A stretch of 64,000 bases of DNA, taken from NCBI GenBank assembly GCA_040767605.1, contig JAXGOI010000001.1, positions 1,538,638-1,602,637 on the forward strand. The letters run 5' to 3'. The notes below the pieces were generated by a model that was not told the origin of the DNA, ran no database searches, and was given only the letters and a program-made list of their open reading frames with translations. Numbering within the stretch: position 1 is the first letter of the stretch; every line of letters starts with the position of its first letter. This DNA is from Clostridiales bacterium. GTDB lineage: Bacteria; Bacillota; Dehalobacteriia; UBA4068. Below are positions 47,606-55,094 of this stretch, in pieces. The translations under genes were made by a program, and so were the position numbers.

Positions 47606-49246
47606 ATGGTGAAGGAAAGCCGCTTAAAAACTTTATTTATTTTCTTTTTAGTCATATTTTCTCTTTTAATTATGCGCTTGGGCTGGCTTTCTTTTATTAA
47701 GGGGGATGCCCTGGCGGCCCGGGCAAGCAATCAAAGAACTCAAAAAACAGCCTACTATCAATACGGCCGGGGGGATTTTTTAGATACCTTCGGTAGGAAT
47801 ATTACCGGCCACCTTTCCCCTTGTTTGGTGGCTTTCCCCTCCATAATAGAAGACGAAGCCGCCCTAGCCGCCGAATTGTCAAAAATTTCAAGCATGCCTG
47901 AAAAAATAATCCTCTCTAAGCTGGCAGCAGGCCAAAAGCAGGGGGGGCAGACCATAGTTTTAAAAAATAATTTAAGCCTGGCGGAGCTTACCGCCTTAAA
48001 CAATATTAAGCCCCTGGGGGTTTCCGTGCTTTCTTTAATCTCCCGCTATAAGGGGAATACGGCAATTCATTTACTGGGTTCTCTGATTCCCGGGGAAAGG
48101 CAAGGGGAATATGTGGGGAAAAGCGGCCTGGAATTGCGCTATGACAGCTATTTAAAGGGCAGGGGTGGGCCCCAGGTAGCCGCCTTAGTGGATGAAAGGG
48201 GGCGGCAGCTGGCAGGCAACGGCTTTGTTATGCTGGAGGGGGGTAAGGAGGATACTTCTCATAATATTATTTTAACCCTGGATTTGGATTTTCAGCAAAA
48301 GACGGAGGAGGCTTTAAAAAATTATGAAGGGGCGGCAGTGGTTTTAGATGTAAATAACGGCGATATTCTGGCTCTTGCCAGCAGCCCCGGCCTTGACCCC
48401 TACGGCCTGACGGAGCCTGCCACAGATGACGCTTATGTAAATAAGGCTCTTTCTTATTATCCCCCGGCCTCTACCTTTAAAATTCTGCTGGCAGCCGCCG
48501 CTTTAGAGGAAGGGCTGGTTTTAGAGGAAGATTATATCTGCGCCGGCTATTATACCCTTGATAATGGCAAAACAGTTAAATGCTGGAAGGAAGGCGGCCA
48601 TGGGCCGGAAAACCTGACTCAGGCTCTGGCCAATTCCTGTAATGCCTATTTTATAGATTTAGGCCTTAAGCTGGGGGGAGAAAAAATAAAATATTATGCC
48701 TCCCTTATGGGTTTAGATAGGCAGATTATTTCCGGCTTTGCTCTTGAAGAGGCAAAAAATATTAATTTTAACAGCAATATTCCGGGGGATATTGCCAATA
48801 TCAGCATTGGTGAAAACGGCGTCAGTTCAAGCCCTCTGCAAGTTGCCGAAATTCTTTCAATAATTGCCAACACAGGCAAAAGAGTTTATCCCCGTTTGGT
48901 AAAAGAAGTAATTAACAGCCGGAAAGAGGCGGTATTAAGCTTTCCGATTATCCCTCCCCGGCAAATTTTAAACCCGGGAAATGCCGCTAAAATAAGGGAT
49001 ATGCTTATTTTTGCCGTTAAGGAGGGCACAGCCGTAAAGGCCGGTCTTTCCGGGGTGAAAAGCGGCGGCAAAACAGGTACAAGCCAGGATAAAGGGGTTT
49101 GGTTTGCCGGTTTTGCCCCGGCGGATAACCCCCTGTGGGCCGTGGCGGTTTATATAGAAAACGGCAGCGCGGGAGGTAAAGAAGGGGCGGAGGTTTTTGC
49201 GGAAATAATAAAATCTTTTTGTCTTTTAAGAGGAATAGAAGATTAA
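47606..49246 (+). CDS. Class B penicillin-binding protein (no PASTA domains; PBP2/MrdA-like)
   Basis: N-terminal TM, SxxK (ASTFK), SxN (SCN), KTGT. Confidence 0.85.
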   Translation: MVKESRLKTLFIFFLVIFSLLIMRLGWLSFIKGDALAARASNQRTQKTAYYQYGRGDFLDTFGRNITGHLSPCLVAFPSIIEDEAALAAELSKISSMPEKIILSKLAAGQKQGGQTIVLKNNLSLAELTALNNIKPLGVSVLSLISRYKGNTAIHLLGSLIPGERQGEYVGKSGLELRYDSYLKGRGGPQVAALVDERGRQLAGNGFVMLEGGKEDTSHNIILTLDLDFQQKTEEALKNYEGAAVVLDVNNGDILALASSPGLDPYGLTEPATDDAYVNKALSYYPPASTFKILLAAAALEEGLVLEEDYICAGYYTLDNGKTVKCWKEGGHGPENLTQALANSCNAYFIDLGLKLGGEKIKYYASLMGLDRQIISGFALEEAKNINFNSNIPGDIANISIGENGVSSSPLQVAEILSIIANTGKRVYPRLVKEVINSRKEAVLSFPIIPPRQILNPGNAAKIRDMLIFAVKEGTAVKAGLSGVKSGGKTGTSQDKGVWFAGFAPADNPLWAVAVYIENGSAGGKEGAEVFAEIIKSFCLLRGIED

Positions 49247-49295
49247 AATTTTTAAGACGAAAAAACTAAGGCAATTTTTAGAATAAGCCTAAAGT

Positions 49296-49325
49296 AAAAA
49301 ACAGCAAAGCCACGGCTTTGCTGTA
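49296..49325 (-). terminator. Intrinsic terminator of the minus-strand TsaA-like gene (hairpin shared with the PBP gene end)
   Basis: ACAGCAAAGCC-ACG-GGCTTTGCTGT. The U-run is present only on the minus-strand reading (AAAAA at 49296-49300). Confidence 0.65.
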
Positions 49326-49360
49326 AATATTGTAAGTGCTGTAATGCTGCCAATAAAAAT

Positions 49361-50236
49361 TTAGAAATTTTTACTGCCTAAATCAATCTTTTCCACATGG
49401 AGGAGATAATCGCTTTGGTTTTCCATAATCTCTCGGGGGTTACTTTTATTAAATTCCGGGCTCAGGCAGTTTGTTTGCAGAATAAGGTTTCCCTTCCTCC
49501 ATATACAGGAAGAAATGGGGCTTTCCCCTGTATATACAAAACGGGGGGGGTTAGAAAACCGGGCCTTGGAAAGCCCCTGAAGGGTATCGGCAAGGCAGGC
49601 GCTGCCCTTAATTTTAAGGGTTAGCTCCGGGTTTTGAAGATCCCCAAAGGTTTCTTCGGCTTTAACAGCCATTTGCACCCCCAAAGCCATGCCGCTGCAT
49701 TCCTCCCCATGATGCAAAAAGGCCTTTTTATATAAATATTCTTTTATATTTTTTTTATCTTCGCCTTTAATATAGGGGGATTTTGGAGAAAATATAATAT
49801 CCTTTTCAGTATAAGGTTTAATATCTAAAATAGGGGTATTTTCAGGAATATTCAGGCCGGAAACAAAAAGCAGCCTTTTTTCGGCCTTTTCCAGCTTAAC
49901 CAAATTTAAAGAAATTGAATTAGGCCTATTAAGGCCCCGGGCGGCAAAAGAGCCGAAAACCGTAGGGATAATTTTTTTATTTTCCTCTAAAGGGAGATCT
50001 GTTTTAAGGGTAAGGCCTTCCGCCTTATCCTGCCAGGAGATAATCCATAAATGAGAGTGATAATGAATATTTGTTAAAGCATCCTCATATTCGGGTAAAA
50101 TCTCCAGGCATGCGCCGGCAGGGGAATATAACCCCGAGGCCTTAATATTTTGGGGCTGCCCGTAACCTATAATTTTTAAAGGGTATTTAGAGATAAAACC
50201 ATATTCGGGCCTGCCCTTATTTGGCGCTTCACCCAT
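49361..50236 (-). CDS. TsaA/TrmO-like domain fused to an FmdE-like C-terminal domain
   Basis: N-terminal part: HSHLWIISW..., GSFAARGLNRPNSISL, NTPILDIKPY (TsaA/YaeB signature). C-terminal part: FLHHGEECSGMALGVQMA...SACLADTLQGLS, resembling FmdE HGHxCPGxxxG...CxxDAxQ. SD GGAGGTG precedes the ATG. Confidence 0.6.
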   Translation of the reverse strand: MGEAPNKGRPEYGFISKYPLKIIGYGQPQNIKASGLYSPAGACLEILPEYEDALTNIHYHSHLWIISWQDKAEGLTLKTDLPLEENKKIIPTVFGSFAARGLNRPNSISLNLVKLEKAEKRLLFVSGLNIPENTPILDIKPYTEKDIIFSPKSPYIKGEDKKNIKEYLYKKAFLHHGEECSGMALGVQMAVKAEETFGDLQNPELTLKIKGSACLADTLQGLSKARFSNPPRFVYTGESPISSCIWRKGNLILQTNCLSPEFNKSNPREIMENQSDYLLHVEKIDLGSKNF

Positions 50237-50512
50237 TAGCCTACACCTCCGTATATTCAGACAAGATTATTTTAACATATATGCTAATAAAAGAAAACTA
50301 AATGAAGGATTAATAATATGAATATTTTTTTTCCGCGCTTAATTATTATTGATGAATAAAGAGCAAAAGGGCTTGCAAATTCTTTTGGGGTATATTAACA
50401 TGGTATTGTATAATTGTATCCATTCCCTTTGAGTATATTTACTCTTTGGCCATATTTATTGTTTTGCAGTTTTATGTGTTTATTTTAATATAAAATTAGG
50501 AGTTGATCTTGG

Positions 50513-51790
50513 ATGAAGTTTACCGAAATGAGTAAGGACGAGTTAAAGGCTTTACAAAGTAAGTTCTCCCAGGAGTATGAAGGGTATAAGTCTATGGGGC
50601 TTAAGCTCAATATGGCCAGGGGAAAGCCCGCTTCTCAGCAATTGGATCTTTCCATGGAATTATTGGGCATGGTAGATGGGGATCATTATAAAGCGGCCGA
50701 CGGTACCGATGTAAGAAATTACGGCGGTTTAGACGGTCTCCCCGAGGCAAAAGAGCTTTTTGCCGCCTTTTTTGAAGTAGATACGGCAAATATAATTATC
50801 GGCGGCTCCGCCAGCTTAAACTTAATGTTCGATACCATTACCCGCGCTATGTTAAACGGTGTTCTCCCCGGGGCTACCCCCTGGTGCAAGCTGGATAAAG
50901 TAAAATTCCTTTGCCCCGCCCCCGGTTATGACAGGCATTTTACCATTTGCGAAGTTATGGGGATAGAAATGATTACCGTACCCCTTTTAAGCGATGGCCC
51001 GGATATGGATATGGTGGAAAAATTAGTAGCCTCAGATGATTCCATTAAGGGTATTTGGTGCGTGCCCATGTACTCTAACCCCACAGGGATAACTTATAGC
51101 GATAAAGTTGTTAAGCGCCTGGCCTCCATGAAAACGGCGGCTTCTGATTTCCGCATCTTCTGGGATAATGCTTACGGCGTTCACCATTTGGATAAAAACG
51201 ACAGAGATTATCTCTTAAATATTTATGATGCCTGTGTTGAAGCAGGTAATGAAGACAGAGTTTATATGTTTGCCTCTACCGCAAAAATTACCTTTGCCGG
51301 CGGCGGGATTTCCGCAATGGCGGCATCTCCTAATAATATTGCTCAGTCTAAAAAGCTTTTAAATGCTCAAACCATCAGCTATGATAAAATAAATCAGCTG
51401 CGCCATACCCGCTTTTTCAATGGTATTCAGGGCCTCAATACCCATATGGAAAAGCATGCCGCAATTTTAAAACCCAAATTCGAGGCTGTTTTAAGCGCTT
51501 TGGAAAGCAATTTGGCGGCTTTGGATTGCGCAGAGTGGGAAAAGCCCAAGGGCGGTTATTTTGTTTCTGTTAATACCATGGACGGTTGCGCCAAGAGAGT
51601 TGTTGCCTTATGTAAAGAAGCCGGCGTTGTTCTTACAGGCGCCGGGGCAACCTACCCCTATGGCAAAGACCCTAAAGACAGCAATATACGGATAGCCCCC
51701 TCCTTCCCCCCTGTTGATGAGCTGGTAACCGCAATGGAATTATTCTGCCTTTGCGTAAAAATTGCCAGTGTGGAAAAATTATTGGCCTAG
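50513..51790 (+). CDS. PLP-dependent aminotransferase (fold type I, aspartate aminotransferase-like family)
   Basis: GLKLNMARGKPASQQLDLS N-terminal motif and 425 aa length. A candidate PLP lysine lies near STAKITFAGGG. Confidence 0.7.
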   Translation: MKFTEMSKDELKALQSKFSQEYEGYKSMGLKLNMARGKPASQQLDLSMELLGMVDGDHYKAADGTDVRNYGGLDGLPEAKELFAAFFEVDTANIIIGGSASLNLMFDTITRAMLNGVLPGATPWCKLDKVKFLCPAPGYDRHFTICEVMGIEMITVPLLSDGPDMDMVEKLVASDDSIKGIWCVPMYSNPTGITYSDKVVKRLASMKTAASDFRIFWDNAYGVHHLDKNDRDYLLNIYDACVEAGNEDRVYMFASTAKITFAGGGISAMAASPNNIAQSKKLLNAQTISYDKINQLRHTRFFNGIQGLNTHMEKHAAILKPKFEAVLSALESNLAALDCAEWEKPKGGYFVSVNTMDGCAKRVVALCKEAGVVLTGAGATYPYGKDPKDSNIRIAPSFPPVDELVTAMELFCLCVKIASVEKLLA

Positions 51791-51806
51791 TTTCTGTTTA
51801 AAAAAA

Positions 51807-51830
51807 GCAAGCCTTCGGGCTTGCTTTTTT
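51807..51830 (+). terminator. Intrinsic terminator
   Basis: GCAAGCC-TTCG-GGCTTGC then TTTTTT. Confidence 0.85.
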
Positions 51831-51949
51831 GTTTTTAAAGGCATTTCTTCTTCCCGGGGGCATATATTTTACTAAGGCCCGGCTTTCATAAATAATTAAA
51901 CGGAACATTAGAGGCAAAATGTAAATATTATATAGTGTAGGTGATGAAT

Positions 51950-52264
51950 ATGGATTTATATCAGGCGGGCAAAGAATTTATTAAGCCCGAATTATTGGTT
52001 TTAGTACCGGTCTGTTATGCATTGGGCCTTGCCCTTAAGCAAAGCCCCCTGCGTAACTGGACTATACCCTATATACTCGGAGGATTTTCAATCTGCCTGT
52101 CTTTACTCTGGGTTATTGGGGTTTCTCGCCCGCATAATTGCGCAACTTATGCCATGGCCGCTTTTGTGGCTATAACCCAAGGCATATTATGCGCCGCAAC
52201 ATCTGTTTACTTTCATCAATTACAAAAGCAAATGCGGGGAAGAAATAAAAAAGAAAGGCCCTAA
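51950..52264 (+). CDS. Small membrane protein resembling phage holin family (LL-H/Hol44-like)
   Basis: IKPELLVLVPVCYALGLALKQSPLRNWTIPYILGG...ITQGILCAATSVYFHQLQKQ; two to three TM segments and a basic tail. ATG 51950 follows AGGTGA. Confidence 0.45.
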   Translation: MDLYQAGKEFIKPELLVLVPVCYALGLALKQSPLRNWTIPYILGGFSICLSLLWVIGVSRPHNCATYAMAAFVAITQGILCAATSVYFHQLQKQMRGRNKKERP

Positions 52265-52281
52265 AAAACCCAAGGGTAAGG

Positions 52282-52334
52282 GGGGCTAAATTAGTTTAGT
52301 GGGATAGCATCAGGAGCTTTAGCCCCTTTTTTTT
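52282..52334 (+). terminator. Long-loop hairpin plus T8 after the holin-like gene
   Basis: GGGGCTAAA (52282-52290) pairs with TTTAGCCCC (52318-52326), then TTTTTTTT. It is nested within AAAAAACCCA (52263-52272) / TGGGTTTTTT (52334-52343). Confidence 0.6.
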
Positions 52335-52394
52335 GGGTTTTTTAAGCGAAGACTAGCTTTAGCCTAAAAAATAAAAGGGCAGGGTATAAAATAT

Positions 52395-52423
52395 TTGTTC
52401 TCGAAGATAGGGTATGGTATAAT
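52395..52423 (+). promoter_or_regulatory. Sigma-A-type promoter of yhhQ
   Basis: TTGTTC, 17-nt spacer, TGgTATAAT. Confidence 0.55.
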
Positions 52424-52460
52424 TTTAAAGTGATTTAAACAAAAAAACATGAGGTTAAGA

Positions 52461-53084
52461 ATGAAAAAACAGGAATATATAAGCATTTTTTTTATTGTAA
52501 CTCTTTTACTCAGTAATTTAATGGCGGTTAAAATAGCTGTTATCGGCCCTTTTACTTTGCCTGCGGCGGTTATTATTTACCCCTTTTGCTTTATGCTGGG
52601 GGATGTTATGACGGAGCTTTGGGGTTACCGTTATGCTAAAAGCGTTATTCTTACCGGTTTTTGCGCCAATATTTTAATGATTGTATTCCTCCGCATAAGC
52701 CAGGCTCTTATTCCCGCCGCCGCCTGGGGGGATCAGGCAGCCTATGAGGCAATTTTCGGCATGGTGCCCAGGGTGGTTGCGGCGAGCATTCTTGCCTATT
52801 TAGTTGGGGAGCTCTCCAATAGTTTTATTATGGTTAAAATTAAAGAATTTTTTGCAGGAAGCCCCCTTTTTATCCGAACTATACTATCCAGCGTAGTGGG
52901 GCAGTTTTTTGATACAACTATTTTTATTGCCATTGCCTTTTATGGCACTATGTCTAATACCGTTTTAATTACCCTGATGATTAGCCAATATATATTTAAG
53001 GTTGGGCTGGAGGCCGTTATGGGTACCCCTTTGGCCTATTTACTAATTAGGCTTTGCAGGCATAATAGCGAGGGGCAGGCCTAA
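52461..53084 (+). CDS. yhhQ: Queuosine-precursor transporter (YhhQ/VUT family, DUF165)
   Basis: NLMAVKI...YPFCFMLGDVMTELWGY...GQFFDT motifs; 6 TM. ATG 52461 follows GAGG. Confidence 0.8.
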   Translation: MKKQEYISIFFIVTLLLSNLMAVKIAVIGPFTLPAAVIIYPFCFMLGDVMTELWGYRYAKSVILTGFCANILMIVFLRISQALIPAAAWGDQAAYEAIFGMVPRVVAASILAYLVGELSNSFIMVKIKEFFAGSPLFIRTILSSVVGQFFDTTIFIAIAFYGTMSNTVLITLMISQYIFKVGLEAVMGTPLAYLLIRLCRHNSEGQA

Positions 53085-53186
53085 AATAGTTTCAACTTAA
53101 ACAGGCAAATAAGCTTAAATAAAAGGAAATAAGTAAAAATAAAAAAGTCTAATCTAAAAGAGATAAAAAATAAGGAGGCCCTTCCT

Positions 53187-54056
53187 GTGGAGCTTAAGCA
53201 AAATGAGGAAAAAAACCAAATGCCCGCCGCCTCCCCCGCAAATTCAAAAACAAAAAAATTTGGGGGTAAAAAGCAGCGGATTATACTTATTATTTTAATT
53301 ATTTTCGGCCTTATTCTGGCGGCAAGCCCCTTTATTGGCAGGCTTTATAATTATTGGCAGGAAAAGCAGCTTTTAGCCTCCTTTGCAGATGAGGATAATG
53401 AAACCGAGATTAAAGACCCCGGCCAAACCCTCATAGATTTAAGCCTTTTAGAGGAGGATGAGGTTTTACCCGAGGAGGAGGGGCTGCGCCCGGTGCCCCC
53501 GTCCTATAAACCCACTATTATCGGGAGTATTAAAATCCCCAAATTAAAGCTCTTGCGCCCCATTGCCAATGATGTAAGCCGGGGGGATTTAAGAGTTGCC
53601 GTAGGGAAAATGCCCGGCAGCAGCAATATCGGGCAAGAGGGCAATATTACTTTGGTGGGGCATCGCAATTATGCCTATAAAGTATTCTTTAATGATTTAG
53701 ATAAGCTGGTTCCCGGGGATTTAATTATTTTAGAAAGTAATACAGGCACATTTACCTATGAGATATTTCAATCTAAAATAATTGAGCCTGATGATAATTC
53801 CGTTCTGGCGATTAAGAAAAACCAATACTTAATTACCCTTATTACCTGCCACCCTAAATTTAAAAACGATAAACGCCTGGTATATATCGGGCAGCTTATA
53901 GACCCTTTGCCCCAAAAGACCCCGGAAATTATTGAGGAAAACCCCAAACCCCCTGCCCCTCCCGAGGGCGGGGAGGAGGATTTGCCTGCTGAAAGTGAAG
54001 AAAAACCCCAGCCGAAAGGGAAAACAGTGCCGGATGACGGCAGCTGGGCCTTTTAG
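53187..54056 (+). CDS. Sortase-family transpeptidase with long N- and C-terminal low-complexity tails
   Basis: N-terminal TM. Catalytic His (TLVGHR), Cys (LITLITCHP, a TLxTC motif) and Arg (KRLVYIG). Pro/Glu-rich C-terminal tail. GTG start 8 nt after AAGGAGG. Confidence 0.8.
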   Translation: MELKQNEEKNQMPAASPANSKTKKFGGKKQRIILIILIIFGLILAASPFIGRLYNYWQEKQLLASFADEDNETEIKDPGQTLIDLSLLEEDEVLPEEEGLRPVPPSYKPTIIGSIKIPKLKLLRPIANDVSRGDLRVAVGKMPGSSNIGQEGNITLVGHRNYAYKVFFNDLDKLVPGDLIILESNTGTFTYEIFQSKIIEPDDNSVLAIKKNQYLITLITCHPKFKNDKRLVYIGQLIDPLPQKTPEIIEENPKPPAPPEGGEEDLPAESEEKPQPKGKTVPDDGSWAF

Positions 54057-54142
54057 CTTTTTACCCTCCGGGGGAATAAGCGGATATAATCAGCTTATAT
54101 AAGTTGCTCTTATAAAGGGAGGCCTCAAAAATTTGTATAGAT

Positions 54143-54181
54143 AACACCCCTTTGAATATACTAATTAAGGGGTGTTTTTTT
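54143..54181 (+). terminator. Hairpin plus T-run after the sortase gene, overlapping the ytxC SD and start
   Basis: AACACCCCTT (54143-54152) pairs with AAGGGGTGTT (54167-54176) around a 14-nt loop; the T-run reaches 54181. Confidence 0.6.
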
Positions 54182-55007
54182 GGCCGGATATGAAATAAGA
54201 ATTAAAGATAAAGACCTGATTAAAGCCTTGACTTCTTCTTTAAATTCAAGCGGTTGTTTTAATGCTTTTATAGAAGAGGGCAGGCTTTTTTGCCTGCCCG
54301 AGGCATGTACCGGCCAAAAGAAGGCGGAAAAAACTCTTAGCGCCGCCCTTACCCGGCTGATTTTTGAGAATAGGGAGGAAAAGAAACTTAACGGGCAAAT
54401 TAAAGAATATTTCAGCCGGTTTTCTCCCCTTAAAAAGGCTGCCCTGCTTAAGATGGCCAGGGAGCTTATAAATAAAGATTCTTTTGCCTGGGGTTTATAT
54501 GGTGGCGGAGGCCGCTTTGCCCGCTTGGAGGCGGAAATCGGCGCTTATTTAGGCCAAAACAGTCTTTTGGATTTGGAGGGGTTTATTCGCTTCCGCCTTT
54601 TGGGGTATGAGGAGTATTTATTTACAGTATTATCCGCAGCGGGGGATGAAATTCTTAAAGAAGAAGAGGAAGAGGATTATATTGCTCTTTTGCGGGGCTA
54701 TTTAAAAAGCCATGCCGTTACGGCGGGGTATTTTCATCTCTTTTTATTTAAAAACGGCTCCTACACTCTTTTTAAGGGAAAAAATGATTTGGAAATACTG
54801 AATATTATAGAAGGCGGCAGGGAGGAAGGCTATGAGGATAGCCTCATTACCGGCCTGATTAATATTTGCCCTCAAAAGTTAATTGTTCATTTGGAAGAAG
54901 GGCGGGAACCGGGTATTTCCGCCGCCGCCTTAAAAGATATATTTGAGGGAAGATTGCTCTTTTGCCGGGGCTGCAAAATTTGCCGCAGGGGCTCAGGAAT
55001 AGTTTGA
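54180..55007 (+). CDS. ytxC: Putative sporulation protein YtxC
   Basis: LEGFIRFRLLGYEEYL... and EEDYIALLRGYL resemble the YtxC family. It sits immediately upstream of thrS, as in B. subtilis. The TTG start is uncertain. Confidence 0.6.
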   Translation: MAGYEIRIKDKDLIKALTSSLNSSGCFNAFIEEGRLFCLPEACTGQKKAEKTLSAALTRLIFENREEKKLNGQIKEYFSRFSPLKKAALLKMARELINKDSFAWGLYGGGGRFARLEAEIGAYLGQNSLLDLEGFIRFRLLGYEEYLFTVLSAAGDEILKEEEEEDYIALLRGYLKSHAVTAGYFHLFLFKNGSYTLFKGKNDLEILNIIEGGREEGYEDSLITGLINICPQKLIVHLEEGREPGISAAALKDIFEGRLLFCRGCKICRRGSGIV

Positions 55008-55033
55008 CAAGCTTGTTTTAGTGGGGGTATAAT
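55004..55033 (+). promoter_or_regulatory. Sigma-A-type promoter of thrS overlapping the ytxC stop codon
   Basis: TTGACA (55004-55009), 18-nt spacer, TATAAT (55028-55033). Confidence 0.55.
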
Positions 55034-55094
55034 ATTATAATAGGTTTTAAAGAGACCTGTTAAATAAAATATACCGGCAATTAGGAGATATAAT

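Noticed and set aside
52282-52326. tRNA-like fragment (GGGGGCT...TAGTTTAGTGGGATAGCA resembles an acceptor stem plus D-arm)
   Set aside because: It is only ~45 nt, with no anticodon or T arms. It is explained more simply as a terminator hairpin with a large loop.
52424-52460. preQ1 riboswitch upstream of the yhhQ queuosine-precursor transporter (TTTAAA-GTGA-TTTAAA hairpin followed by CAAAAAAACAUGAGG)
   Set aside because: The A-rich tail is suggestive. However, the hairpin is all A-U, lacks the conserved loop C / ACCC elements of preQ1-I, and overlaps the predicted -10/TSS. The transcribed leader (~30 nt) is too short for the aptamer.
49361-54056. Possible genomic island or prophage remnant (TsaA-fusion, aminotransferase, holin-like, yhhQ, sortase)
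   Set aside because: There is no integrase, transposase, flanking tRNA or direct repeats. By eye I see no compositional break. The genes are unrelated housekeeping or accessory functions, each with its own promoter and terminator.
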